Source: an uncultured Chloroflexia bacterium
GTDB taxonomy: Bacteria; Chloroflexota; Limnocylindria; Limnocylindrales; CSP1-4
Direction of reading: 5' to 3'
Assembly: GCA_963748625.1 (NCBI GenBank)
Contig: CAVVJT010000007.1
Coordinates: 1,216,001-1,280,000 of the forward strand
DNA length: 64,000 nucleotides
The translations under genes were made by a program, and so were the position numbers. Below, piece by piece: positions 53,405 through 62,524 of this stretch. Every line of letters starts with the position of its first letter. Position 1 is the stretch's first letter. Under the pieces are notes generated by a model. The model saw only the letters and a program-made list of their open reading frames with translations. It was not told the DNA's origin and ran no database searches.

Positions 53405-53682
53405 CAGTCGAGGGGACCCTGAGCGCGGGTCATGGCCGGTGTTCGCGGTTGTCGATCCGTCGCCCCCGGAGCCGCATCCGGCGCGTCGTAGATCGAGAGC
53501 CGCGCCTCGTTGTGCAGGCATACCACGATCTCGTGCTCCAGCCGCCGGATCTCCCGCTCGGCCGCCCACGGCGGGCTGTCTGGATCTGACTCCTCACGCA
53601 GCTCGAGGGCGCCGACGAGCCTGGCGAGCAGGTCGACCGCCGTGGCCATCCGGTCGGCAGCGTCCGTGGATCCGATCATCAT
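53404..53682 (-). CDS. Small hypothetical protein
   Basis: 92-aa ORF with TGATG coupling to rpiB. Confidence 0.4.
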   Translation of the reverse strand: MMIGSTDAADRMATAVDLLARLVGALELREESDPDSPPWAAEREIRRLEHEIVVCLHNEARLSIYDAPDAAPGATDRQPRTPAMTRAQGPLD

Positions 53683-54248
53683 CGTGGCTCCCGATCCCTG
53701 GTGAGCATCGCGATCACATGCTCAGTCGAGTAGACGGTCCGCGGCGTGACCAGGACGGCGATGCGAGCCGGGTCGCCCTTGGTCCTGAGCAGACGGGCGC
53801 GGTCAAGCCTCGGCCACATCGCGAGCGCCCTCGCCGAGCAAGGCGGCAGGTGGCGAGCCATGGGAGCCCTCGGCTTCCGGATCACCATGTGGTCCACCAG
53901 GACCGAACTCCCCGACGAACCCAATTCGTACGCGGTAGATACCTGACCCATCGCGGTGCTCCTTTCTGGTCTCGCCAACGTACGGCGGCCCGCAGTCGGT
54001 CGGAAGTCGCGCTCGTCTCGTTTCCGCCGTGAGACGCGTCCCGCTGATGCCATGACAAGCGTCACGGCCCTCCGGTGATGTCAATGCACGTCCCGCCTCG
54101 TAGCGACGATGGCACTGGGCGGCCGGCGGCGCTACGCGGCTCGACGGCCTCATCGCACTGCCGGCCGCGATCCGGATCGGGCGCGAAGATCCGAATCGGG
54201 CGCGAACCGTCGTCGCTGGGACCGTGCCGCCCAGGGATCGGACCGCGG

Positions 54249-55500
54249 CTATGTGCGACCGTCGGACCGGCCGACTCGCCGATATGGCACCTGGAGCACG
54301 ATGAGTTCCGGGCGTCCGATGAGCGCCTCCCGGAGGCGATGCGCGTTCTGGTTGTAGAGCATGCGCTCCCACCAGTGCCGGGGTACGTATTCCGGAATGA
54401 GAACGACGATGACCTCTGCGGGGCGCTCGGCTTGCTGCGTCTCGACGTAGCGTACGAACGGATTGACGAGTGCCCGGTGGGGCGAGTCAATGATGATCAC
54501 GGTCGCCGCAGGCTCGTGCCGGGCCACCAGTTGCCGGAACCGCTCACCCTCGGCCCTGTCCGACGTCACATGAACCACCTGCACGCTGCTTGCCATCGTC
54601 TGCCCAACGCCGATGGCCTGCACCAGAGCACGCGTGAAGTCCAGCGCGGCGACGATCACCAGCTCGCCCCCAGGTGGCGCGATCACGCCCCGTGTCCGGA
54701 CCGTCAGGGCCGCCGCCTCGAGCCCGTACGCGCGATGGATGAAGAGCATGAGCGCGACAGGACCGGAATGACCACGATGACGATCCAGGCGCCAAGCGCC
54801 GAATTTGGCGATCACGAAGGTGACGACCACGAGGCCGGTGGCGATGGCTCCCACCCCGTTCAACGTGGCGCTGCGGCGGCCAGCCCGGTCCGTGCTGTGT
54901 GAACCAGTGGCGCACCATGCCTGACTGCGAGAGCGTGAATGCCGTGAATACGCCGATCGCGTACAGCGGGATGAGCGCCTCGACCTGCGCGTTGAACGCG
55001 ACAACGAGCAGGATCGATACGGCCGCAAGGACCAGGATCCCGGCGTTGAACGCCAGACGCTCCCCACGGAAGGCGAACTGGTGTGGCATGTACCCGTCCC
55101 GGGCGAGGAGCGACGCAACGCGAGGGAAATCGGCGAAGCTCGTCTGCGCGGCGAGGATCAGGATGCCCATCGTGGCGAACCGAAGGACGTACCACAGGGG
55201 TCCTGGGCCGTAGACGGAGCGCCCGATCTGTGACAGAACGGACTCGCCGCTCATCGCGGGCATCGCCCCCGTGACCTGAGCGAGAAACGACGTGCCAAGG
55301 AAGAGGCTGGCGAGCAGGATCGTCACGATGAACATGGTCGTTCGCGCGTTCCGCCACTCGGGGGGCCTGAACACGGGAACGCCGTTCGCGACAGCCTCGG
55401 TTCCCGTCATGGCCGTACACCCGTCCGCGAAGGCGCGCATGAGGAACAACAGGCCGAACGTCTCGACGGGGGTGCGCCGACCGCGCCCGGGATCGCCGGG
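54249..55500 (-). pseudogene. Second KimA-like APC permease, 5'-truncated and frameshifted
   Basis: RAFADGCTAMTGTEAVANGVP.F, LIPLYAIGVF, then shifts frame to SPHR..IPEYVPRHWWERMLYNQ; the N-terminal third is missing. Confidence 0.85.
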
Positions 55501-55786
55501 CTGCGGCAGCGCCCGGCACGGTGGAGACGACCGCTGGCGTCGTCACGGTCACGGTCGCCCGGCATGGCGGCTGCCGGCCGGGTCGCACAACCCGCTTGCG
55601 CGGGCACCTCCCGCGGCGCATCGTGTCCCACTTCGGGTCCACCCTCAACGGGGCAGTCGAGCAGTCCGAGAAGGGAGGCGACGGCAAGGGCGGGAGCCCG
55701 GAGCGGGGCTGGTTCACTCCACGTCGGGGCGACGGAGCCCAGGCACGGGAGACAGGCGAGCACACCTCGGCAAGGGCGGGGCGGTT

Positions 55787-55863
55787 TGGCGCGCCCGACA
55801 GGATTCGAACCTGCAGATGCCACCATTATCGTGCGGGTCCCGATCGCGCCGCGGCCGTGGTGA
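55787..55863. mobile_element. att-like site 1: tRNA 3'-end fragment plus element arm
   Basis: Reverse complement of 55787-55815 is TGCAGGTTCGAATCCTGTCGGGCGCGCCA (T-arm, acceptor strand, CCA; tRNA-Arg-like); no 5' half. Confidence 0.8.
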
Positions 55864-55898
55864 CCGGACCAGACCCAGGCGATGACGACCCTCCCGGA

Positions 55899-57164
55899 TC
55901 AGGCTCCTAGGGCGCCGACCGCCACCTGGAGGACGCCGTCGGGCCGTGTGAACGAGTACCCAGTCCCCGTGATGACGACGAGCGCAACCGGCGGCCGCCC
56001 TGCCACCCGGTCGCGCAGGCGCAAGAGGCCTGCTGCCGCGGGATCGACGACGGAGGCGTGGGACCCGAGCTTGACCTCGAAGGCGGCCCAGTCGCCGCCG
56101 GGCAGCTCGATCACGGCGTCCGCCTCGAGGCCCGCAGCGTCCCGGTAGTGGTAGATCCGGCCCCTGAGCGGCCCGGCGAGGACCCGCAGGTCGCGTACGA
56201 CCAGGGATTCGAACAGCAGGCCCATCAGGTTGAGGTCGGCCAGCAGGGCGTCTGGGCCAGCCCCGAGGGCCGCCACCGCTAGTGACGGGTCGGCCAGGTG
56301 GCGGACGGGCGAGGCTCGCAGGCGGGTCCTGCTCCGCAGGCTGGGGCTCCATGCGGGGAGGTCATCGGTCAGCAGCAGGCGGTCGAGCGCCCCGAGGTAG
56401 GCACGGGCGGTCTCCACCTTCATCGAGCGGTCGGCGCCGGTGTCTGCCGCGAGGCCCTCCGCGCTCACAGGGCAGGCCGTGTTGCGGGCCAGCGAGGTCA
56501 GGAGCGCACGCACGCCCGCGGGATCCCGCCGCACACCATCGACACGCGGCACGTCGAGCCGGCAGACATCCTCGAGATAGCCCTCGTTGAGGAGGGAGGC
56601 CTGCGCCGGAGTCAGGCCCAGGTTGCCCGGCCATCCGCCGACCACCAGCCGCTCCGCGAGGTCGCCGACCCGGAGCCCGGGATCCGGCGCGCTCACCGGC
56701 TCGCCTGCGAGCACCCGTGCCAGCGAGACCGACCTCGTCGAGTGGCCACTCTCCACGAGTGCCATCGGGCGCATCCGGAGGCGGATGAAGCGGCCCGCAC
56801 CCGAATGCCGCCGCGCGTCGTCCCGGGGCACCGACGAGCCGGTGAGCACGAACTGGCCCGGCGCCCGGCGATCGTCGACCTCGTGGCGCACCAGGTTCCA
56901 GAGGTCCGGCACCTCCTGCCACTCGTCGATGAGGCGCGGCGTCGCGCCGGCGAGCACGAGGGCTGGGTCGACGGCGAACGCCTGTTGGGCGGCGGGCGTG
57001 TCCATGCGGATCTCGCTGGTCGCCGCCTGGCGGGCGGTCTCCGTCTTCCCGCAGGCCCGGGGTCCCTCGATGACGACGGCTCCAGCCGCTCCGAGTGTCT
57101 CGTGGAGCTGGGCGTCTATCACCCGCTGCCGGTACTCGTGGAGGGGCGGATCAGGGGTCGTCAC
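55899..57164 (-). CDS. AAA+ ATPase with DUF4143 domain
   Basis: EGPRACGKT, LIDEWQ, LTGS, GAGR, FESLVVRDL, YHYRD..GLEADAV, FEVKLG; start GTG 57164. Confidence 0.9.
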   Translation of the reverse strand: MTTPDPPLHEYRQRVIDAQLHETLGAAGAVVIEGPRACGKTETARQAATSEIRMDTPAAQQAFAVDPALVLAGATPRLIDEWQEVPDLWNLVRHEVDDRRAPGQFVLTGSSVPRDDARRHSGAGRFIRLRMRPMALVESGHSTRSVSLARVLAGEPVSAPDPGLRVGDLAERLVVGGWPGNLGLTPAQASLLNEGYLEDVCRLDVPRVDGVRRDPAGVRALLTSLARNTACPVSAEGLAADTGADRSMKVETARAYLGALDRLLLTDDLPAWSPSLRSRTRLRASPVRHLADPSLAVAALGAGPDALLADLNLMGLLFESLVVRDLRVLAGPLRGRIYHYRDAAGLEADAVIELPGGDWAAFEVKLGSHASVVDPAAAGLLRLRDRVAGRPPVALVVITGTGYSFTRPDGVLQVAVGALGA

Positions 57165-57213
57165 GTGCCCATTGTCGAGGCCAGCCGCCGTTGCGTCAAT
57201 CCCAAGGGATCGG

Positions 57214-57261
57214 CTTGCAGATCCAACGGGGGGTTGCCTTGCAGTGTTGACAGGGGGTTGC
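57214..57261. repeat. 24-bp direct repeat upstream of the DUF4143 ATPase
   Basis: CTTGCAGATCCAACGGGGGGTTGC / CTTGCAGTGTTGACAGGGGGTTGC. Confidence 0.6.
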
Positions 57262-57540
57262 GGGCCCACGTTCGCGCGGGCTTGCGCTGGCCGCGGAGGT
57301 GCGACAACCGGTCGGCAAGGCGGGCCAGCCGGAGGCATCGGGCTCGTAATGAACAAATCTGCGCGAATCCGTTAGCAGCGATCTCCCTAATGAACGGTCT
57401 TGACGACGGGACCCCTGCGAGATGGCGGGAGCGGGACCTGCCCGTTCGCCGCCGACGCGGTGCCCTTCGCGCATCGTGATCGAGGCCTGCATGGCACCGC
57501 ACCCCAGCGGCTGCCCGTCGGTCCGCACGAGGAGCGACAG

Positions 57541-57711
57541 ATGCAGGAAGACCGCATCGAGGCCGACCCGCCGACGGGCGACCAGCCTGCCACTCCGGGC
57601 GGCAGCGACCGGCTCATCGCCGCCCCTGCGGCCGTGATCCATGACGCGATGGCAGCCGACGATGCCGCCGGGCGGGACCTGCCGCTGTCGGGCGAGGAGG
57701 ACGAGGACTGA
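57541..57711 (+). CDS. Small acidic hypothetical protein
   Basis: GAGGAG RBS 6 nt before the ATG; 56 aa. Confidence 0.4.
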   Translation: MQEDRIEADPPTGDQPATPGGSDRLIAAPAAVIHDAMAADDAAGRDLPLSGEEDED

Positions 57712-58073
57712 CGCCACGACGACCACGCCTCGGATCAGGGGAGCGCCCGGCTCGCCTCAGTCGTCTGAAGACTGCGCAATGCGCCCGCGATCACGCTCGT
57801 CCGCGACGACCAGCGGCCAGTCCCAGAGTCCCGCCTCGGCGATACGGGCCTTGTCGCCCACAACGACACACAACTCGCTTGCTCGGACATTCCCCGCAGC
57901 GCATCGTGTCTCACGTCGGGTGACACCGGCAGGGAAGTCAAGCACAGGGAGTAGGGAGGCAACCGAAGAGCAGGTGCCCGGGCCAGGGATGGTCGCCACT
58001 GCTGGACGCCAACGGGCTACAGAGCCGGGACGGTAAGAGAGCACACGAGACCGAGGGGAGAGGCGGGGTGGTT

Positions 58074-58150
58074 TGGCGCGCCCGACAGGAGTCGAACCTG
58101 CAGATGCCACTATTTTCGTGAAGGTCCCGATTGCGCCGCGCCCGTGGTGA
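58074..58150. mobile_element. att-like site 2: tRNA 3'-end fragment plus element arm
   Basis: Reverse complement of 58074-58102 is TGCAGGTTCGACTCCTGTCGGGCGCGCCA; direct repeat of 55787-55863. Confidence 0.8.
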
Positions 58151-58621
58151 TCATCCTCGTGATGGATCCCACGGAGCGCGGCACTCCTGTGTGCGGGCTT
58201 CGCGATGCTCAAGACCGGTCGCAGCCCTGACTGACCAACGGCCCCCCACTCGAGCGACTTCCGAGGCGCGGCACCTTGCCTTCAATCGCGCGCGCAGCCT
58301 TGTGGCGAGCGCGGCCCGTCGCCCTGTGGGTCAGGAGAGTGGATCGCGATTGAGTGGTCGTCATCGCACAGACGGTGGCAGGCGCTTCGCCGATGGACAA
58401 CCGCGATGCGTGCCGAGGTGTGCGAGATACAGCGAGAACCCCGCTGGCCGGCTTGCGGTCCAGTTCGCGCCTTCCTGCCGCGGGTAATCCCAGTAGGGCG
58501 CTAGCCTCGCCTCGGTCCCGACCGCTATCCCCCCAGCGGCCGGGAACGTTGCGTATCGCTCAGAGCTCCAGGCCGAGAGCCCGTTGCCGGTCGGTGCCAA
58601 GGTCTCGGGTCTGAGGTCCGG

Positions 58622-59425
58622 TCACCACCTGCGGTCAGGGTAGCCGCGTCGCTTCTTCTGAGCAGGGATGGCAGCCGCGTATGCGCGAATGCCGCTCCAT
58701 GCAGCGTGATACCTGTCAGCGTCCTCGGCGAGCCGCCCCTCGATCCACTCCTCAAGCGCTTTGACGGGCAGGAGGACCCGCTTGCCGATGCGCAGGCTCG
58801 GGATCGTGCCCGCAGCAGCAAGCGACCCGACGGTGGAGGTGGAGAGCCCGAGCACTCGGGAGGCGTCGGCGACCGAGATCAGCAGTGGCTCCATACCTAC
58901 GGCGAAGCGCTCTTCTGCTGGCGCCACCACTTCAGGGCCCTCCCTTGACTTCGCTTGCGGCTCAGCCGGTGCGGACGGCGGTGGCTGTGCCCAAGGGTCG
59001 TCCAACTCGCGATGTTCTGGCCGCGAGACGTGGTAGCTCATCGCGACGGGGTCGATGAGCAGGGCGCACCTCAGGCAGATCCGCTTCGGGGACGGAGCGT
59101 CCTCAGGCAACTGGCGGACGAGCCTCTCGATAGCGATGCCGACCTGGCGGGCCTCCACGCGGAGTGACGCGCCTCCCCCAAGGTTCGCGATCCCCACCCA
59201 TACGTTGTCCGGACGCCGGAAGACACCGCTCTCGCCGTGCGCGAGGCCGAAGTGACGGCCCTCCGGATCGATTGGCCGGATCCGATCCGGCGAGATCGCC
59301 CGGGGTGCGATCACGCACTCCCTGTGCGCCTGGGAGTTGAGGTGCCGATCCCAGTCGCGCCACAGCCTCCACGTCACGACCACATCGCAAACGGCACAGA
59401 AACTCACGCGCTCGACCGCCGCCAT
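58622..59425 (-). CDS. Excisionase-like HTH protein with two C2H2-type fingers
   Basis: C-terminal LLISVADASRVLGLS.STV..L...G.IPS.RIGKRVLLP...LEEW (HTH_17-like); two CxxC...HxxxxxH motifs; start probably 59425. Confidence 0.75.
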   Translation of the reverse strand: MAAVERVSFCAVCDVVVTWRLWRDWDRHLNSQAHRECVIAPRAISPDRIRPIDPEGRHFGLAHGESGVFRRPDNVWVGIANLGGGASLRVEARQVGIAIERLVRQLPEDAPSPKRICLRCALLIDPVAMSYHVSRPEHRELDDPWAQPPPSAPAEPQAKSREGPEVVAPAEERFAVGMEPLLISVADASRVLGLSTSTVGSLAAAGTIPSLRIGKRVLLPVKALEEWIEGRLAEDADRYHAAWSGIRAYAAAIPAQKKRRGYPDRRW

Positions 59426-59560
59426 ACCCTCGATTGTGGAGCCAGTGGGGGTCGATGTAACGGCGATTCCGCGGCTGTTCATCGTGGTGACGGTGACGAT
59501 GCCCTCCTGCCGCCTGCCCGCCGGTCGATCGCGTGGAGGGCAGCATGGCAACCTTGCGTT

Positions 59561-60082
59561 GTGAAGTGGCGACGTTCGATTACCGGCCCTCGGCTGCCTG
59601 AGCAAGTGCGCCAGCACGCCCCCATCCCGGAGGTCGTCGCTGCTCGACTGCTCCGGTATGACGGCGACCGGCCCCTATACCTGGATCTGCTCCAGTTTGG
59701 GAGCGGGCCTGTGGGAGTCATGGAGGAGGACTACCCATACTGGGTCATCCGGGATGCCGAAGGTCGCGTGGTGGGTGGCGCGAAGGTGATGCGCATGCCG
59801 GCTGGTCACCCGGTGTCGCTCGACGTCGCCATCGCGCCGGACCGTCAAGGCCTTGGGTGGGCGACCGCCCTCTACGATGCGTTGACGGCGCGTGGGATCG
59901 ACGTCGAGGCAGGCTCATCAGCTTCGCTCGCCCACGGGACGATGACCCTCGACGGCTACCTCTTCATGCGAGCTCGGCGTCTGCGGACCGACCCGGACGC
60001 CGAGGCCCAGATGGTCGCCGAGGCCAACGTTTGCCCGATGTGCGGTCCCTTGGACGAGCCCAGGGCCCAGGCGGACGAGTAG
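59561..60082 (+). CDS. GNAT-family acetyltransferase
   Basis: DVAIAPDRQGLGWATALY motif A; C-terminal CPMC; start uncertain. Confidence 0.65.
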   Translation: MKWRRSITGPRLPEQVRQHAPIPEVVAARLLRYDGDRPLYLDLLQFGSGPVGVMEEDYPYWVIRDAEGRVVGGAKVMRMPAGHPVSLDVAIAPDRQGLGWATALYDALTARGIDVEAGSSASLAHGTMTLDGYLFMRARRLRTDPDAEAQMVAEANVCPMCGPLDEPRAQADE

Positions 60083-60116
60083 CGGGCTGGGCGAAGGGGC
60101 GTTGACCCGCCGGGCG

Positions 60117-61349
60117 TCAGTAGTCCTCCGCGAGTCGATCCAGGTCGGCGACGCTCAGGATCTCCGAGTGCAGGACGCTTCGCGGATCGTCCGACAGCGG
60201 GAGGCCGAAATACAGCACGCCGATGTTCCGCGTCACCATCTTCCGGAGGCGGCTCGCCGCGATGCTGGCGCCGAAGGGACCTTTCGCGTTCATTCGCGCG
60301 GTGGACACCACGGAGAGATGGCCTGCGGCGCGATTGCTGAACGCCCACCGCCACTCGGGGATGCCTCGGATGTAGATGTCCCCGGGCAGCACGCCGATGA
60401 CGACGCTGTTCGGGTCGGCGGCTTCCAGATAGAGGGATGGCAGCAGCCCGATCAGGTCTTCGGCAGCCATCTGGCGGCGCACCGGGTCCACCAGGCTCGC
60501 CGGGACGGGAGCGGGCGGGAGGATAGCGACATCGAGGTCGTACCGGACCTTGTAGAAGTCGGCCAGGTCCTGCAGGTCCGCTGCGGCAAGCCCACCGAGC
60601 GGGGCGAGGTAGACGGTCCTGCCCGGCGGGTGGATCGGGACGACCGCTGCGCGACCTCCCGGCGGCAGACTCGTGATGCCTGTCGCGACACCGCCGATGC
60701 CGATCACGATGCACGCTGCTGCCGCGACGACCCCAACCCAGAATCCGCCTCGGACGATCGCTGCGCGCTTCTTCCGGCGCTCAGCAGCCGGCCCTCGGAG
60801 GGTGTCCCAGTTGGCGGCGAGTAGGGCGACTCGTTCCTGCCAGGGCTGCCAGTCATCGGCCACAGCCCCGGATCGCTGGCGGTCCGCCCACTCGACATCA
60901 CCTTCCGCGAGCCCATCTGCAAGCGAGGCCCAGGCGCTACTGGGCGCTGGGGCCGTTACCGTATGGCGCCAGCGAGCCTTGCCGGCAGCGGACTCTTCAC
61001 TGCCCCAGGCGGCAGCAATGAAGGGCTGACGCGCCAGGATGATGGCCTCATCGAATGTCCACGCCGGCAGCCTGTCGCCGAGAAGCAGGCGATCCTCCAG
61101 CGACTTCGGGAGACCCAGCCCGAACGTCACCGCGCCGGCGATGAGAAACGCGCCGACGATGATGGCCACGTCGTCGGCGTCCGTGATGAACGTCGAGTCG
61201 AGGCCGGACCTCGCGATCGTCACGGGGACGAGCAGCACTAGGAGCCCTGCGAAGACCGCCCATAGGGCGTCACGCCTGCGGACCGCAGCGGCCGCGAACG
61301 CCCCGGCAAGCGCCAAGACGCCAACGATCCCGCCGAGCGTCATGAGCAC
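60117..61349 (-). CDS. Membrane protein fused to an archaemetzincin-like domain lacking HExxH
   Basis: About 4 TMs, then VYLAPLG, RRQ..AE.L, IGV...DIY, VVSTARM, RLRKMVTRNIG.LYFGL. Confidence 0.7.
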   Translation of the reverse strand: MLMTLGGIVGVLALAGAFAAAAVRRRDALWAVFAGLLVLLVPVTIARSGLDSTFITDADDVAIIVGAFLIAGAVTFGLGLPKSLEDRLLLGDRLPAWTFDEAIILARQPFIAAAWGSEESAAGKARWRHTVTAPAPSSAWASLADGLAEGDVEWADRQRSGAVADDWQPWQERVALLAANWDTLRGPAAERRKKRAAIVRGGFWVGVVAAAACIVIGIGGVATGITSLPPGGRAAVVPIHPPGRTVYLAPLGGLAAADLQDLADFYKVRYDLDVAILPPAPVPASLVDPVRRQMAAEDLIGLLPSLYLEAADPNSVVIGVLPGDIYIRGIPEWRWAFSNRAAGHLSVVSTARMNAKGPFGASIAASRLRKMVTRNIGVLYFGLPLSDDPRSVLHSEILSVADLDRLAEDY

Positions 61350-61444
61350 GTCCCGAAGCTGACGACGCCGAACACGACCGCCGCCGTCGCGTGGTGCATC
61401 ACGACGTGAGCGAGTTGATCGCTGAACAATCAGCCCTGACGCCG

Positions 61445-62440
61445 CTACTCAGCACGCGCCTGCGCCAAGGCGGCCGCTTGGGCATCACCCGGACGAAGTG
61501 ATCCGATCTCCCACAGTCGGAACACGACGCGGGCGAGGGTGGCGAGAGCCCAGGACAGATCAATCGCGACGGGAGTCGCGACCTCAGGCGACACCTGCCA
61601 TCTCCCGCCGATCGAGCGGGTAGCTTCTCCGAGGGTGTCGGTCAGCCGAGCAAAGTCGGCCGGTGGTAGTCCGAGGGCGATTGGCGTGACCCATGCCGAC
61701 AGGACCTTCAGGCGACGGCCCGTCACGTCGAACTGCTCGGCGAGTGCGCGATCGTTGGCGACGATCGCCCGATGGTCCGTCGATCCCGTCCCGGCCCCGC
61801 GGTATGGGGGCCGGTATGAGGCTGGTCGAGGGTCCTGCAAGCGGGGAGTCACTCGCCCGAGCATTATCCCTAGCGCGATCGAGGCGGCTTCCCTCGCCTC
61901 GGAGAGCTTTCCATCCGACATGCACCCCTCTGCTTCGATCATCTTGGCGGCGAGGTCCGGCGCGTCGACCTGGGACGCGACGGCGCGGAGGAGGCCTGCT
62001 CCGCTGGGAAGCACCGACAGGGCCGGCAGCGCTCGGCTCAGGATCTCCAGGAGCCCGGAGACTGCCAGCTGGGCCTCTTCGACGTCGCGTTGAGTGGCGT
62101 CATCGCCGTTGTGGACGACACCGTTCCGCCGCGTGTGTGTAAGGCGGATGACGCGGGCCAGGGTGCTTGGGATCGGGGTACCGGCCGAGGCGGACATCCT
62201 GGTCGCCAGTGCCAGCAAGTCTTCGTGGTGCGCCTTGGCCTTGACCGGTTCGCCGACCTGATCGGCAAGGATGCCCAGGATGGCCTCTGCTGCGGTATCG
62301 GCCGAGACGAGTGCCGCGCCCGCGCTCACTGGAGACAGGCTGGTGGCGAGCTCGCTAGAGGAGGACGCCAGCGACACGGCGATGAGCCAGCGTCGAACGA
62401 TGATCGCGTCAAGACGTGTAGCTTGCGGGTCTGTGACCAT
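61445..62440 (-). CDS. Hypothetical protein with a HEPN-like RxxxxH motif
   Basis: Helical protein; D.AAE..L upstream and RRNGVVH motif (62111-62128); divergent from hsdM. Confidence 0.6.
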   Translation of the reverse strand: MVTDPQATRLDAIIVRRWLIAVSLASSSSELATSLSPVSAGAALVSADTAAEAILGILADQVGEPVKAKAHHEDLLALATRMSASAGTPIPSTLARVIRLTHTRRNGVVHNGDDATQRDVEEAQLAVSGLLEILSRALPALSVLPSGAGLLRAVASQVDAPDLAAKMIEAEGCMSDGKLSEAREAASIALGIMLGRVTPRLQDPRPASYRPPYRGAGTGSTDHRAIVANDRALAEQFDVTGRRLKVLSAWVTPIALGLPPADFARLTDTLGEATRSIGGRWQVSPEVATPVAIDLSWALATLARVVFRLWEIGSLRPGDAQAAALAQARAE

Positions 62441-62524
62441 CTCGCTGCAAGTGTAGATGCGACCCCTCGGTGTGGGCGTGAGCGCTACCCTGCGATAACG
62501 CGTGACATCGGGAGGAGCGGACGC

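Noticed and set aside
53679-54250. Several short ORFs between the rpiB unit and the KimA remnant
   Set aside because: No recognisable family, RBS or codon pattern.
55787-55863. Intact tRNA gene (also 58074-58150)
   Set aside because: Only the T-arm and 3' acceptor strand are present; no D-arm, anticodon arm or 5' acceptor strand.
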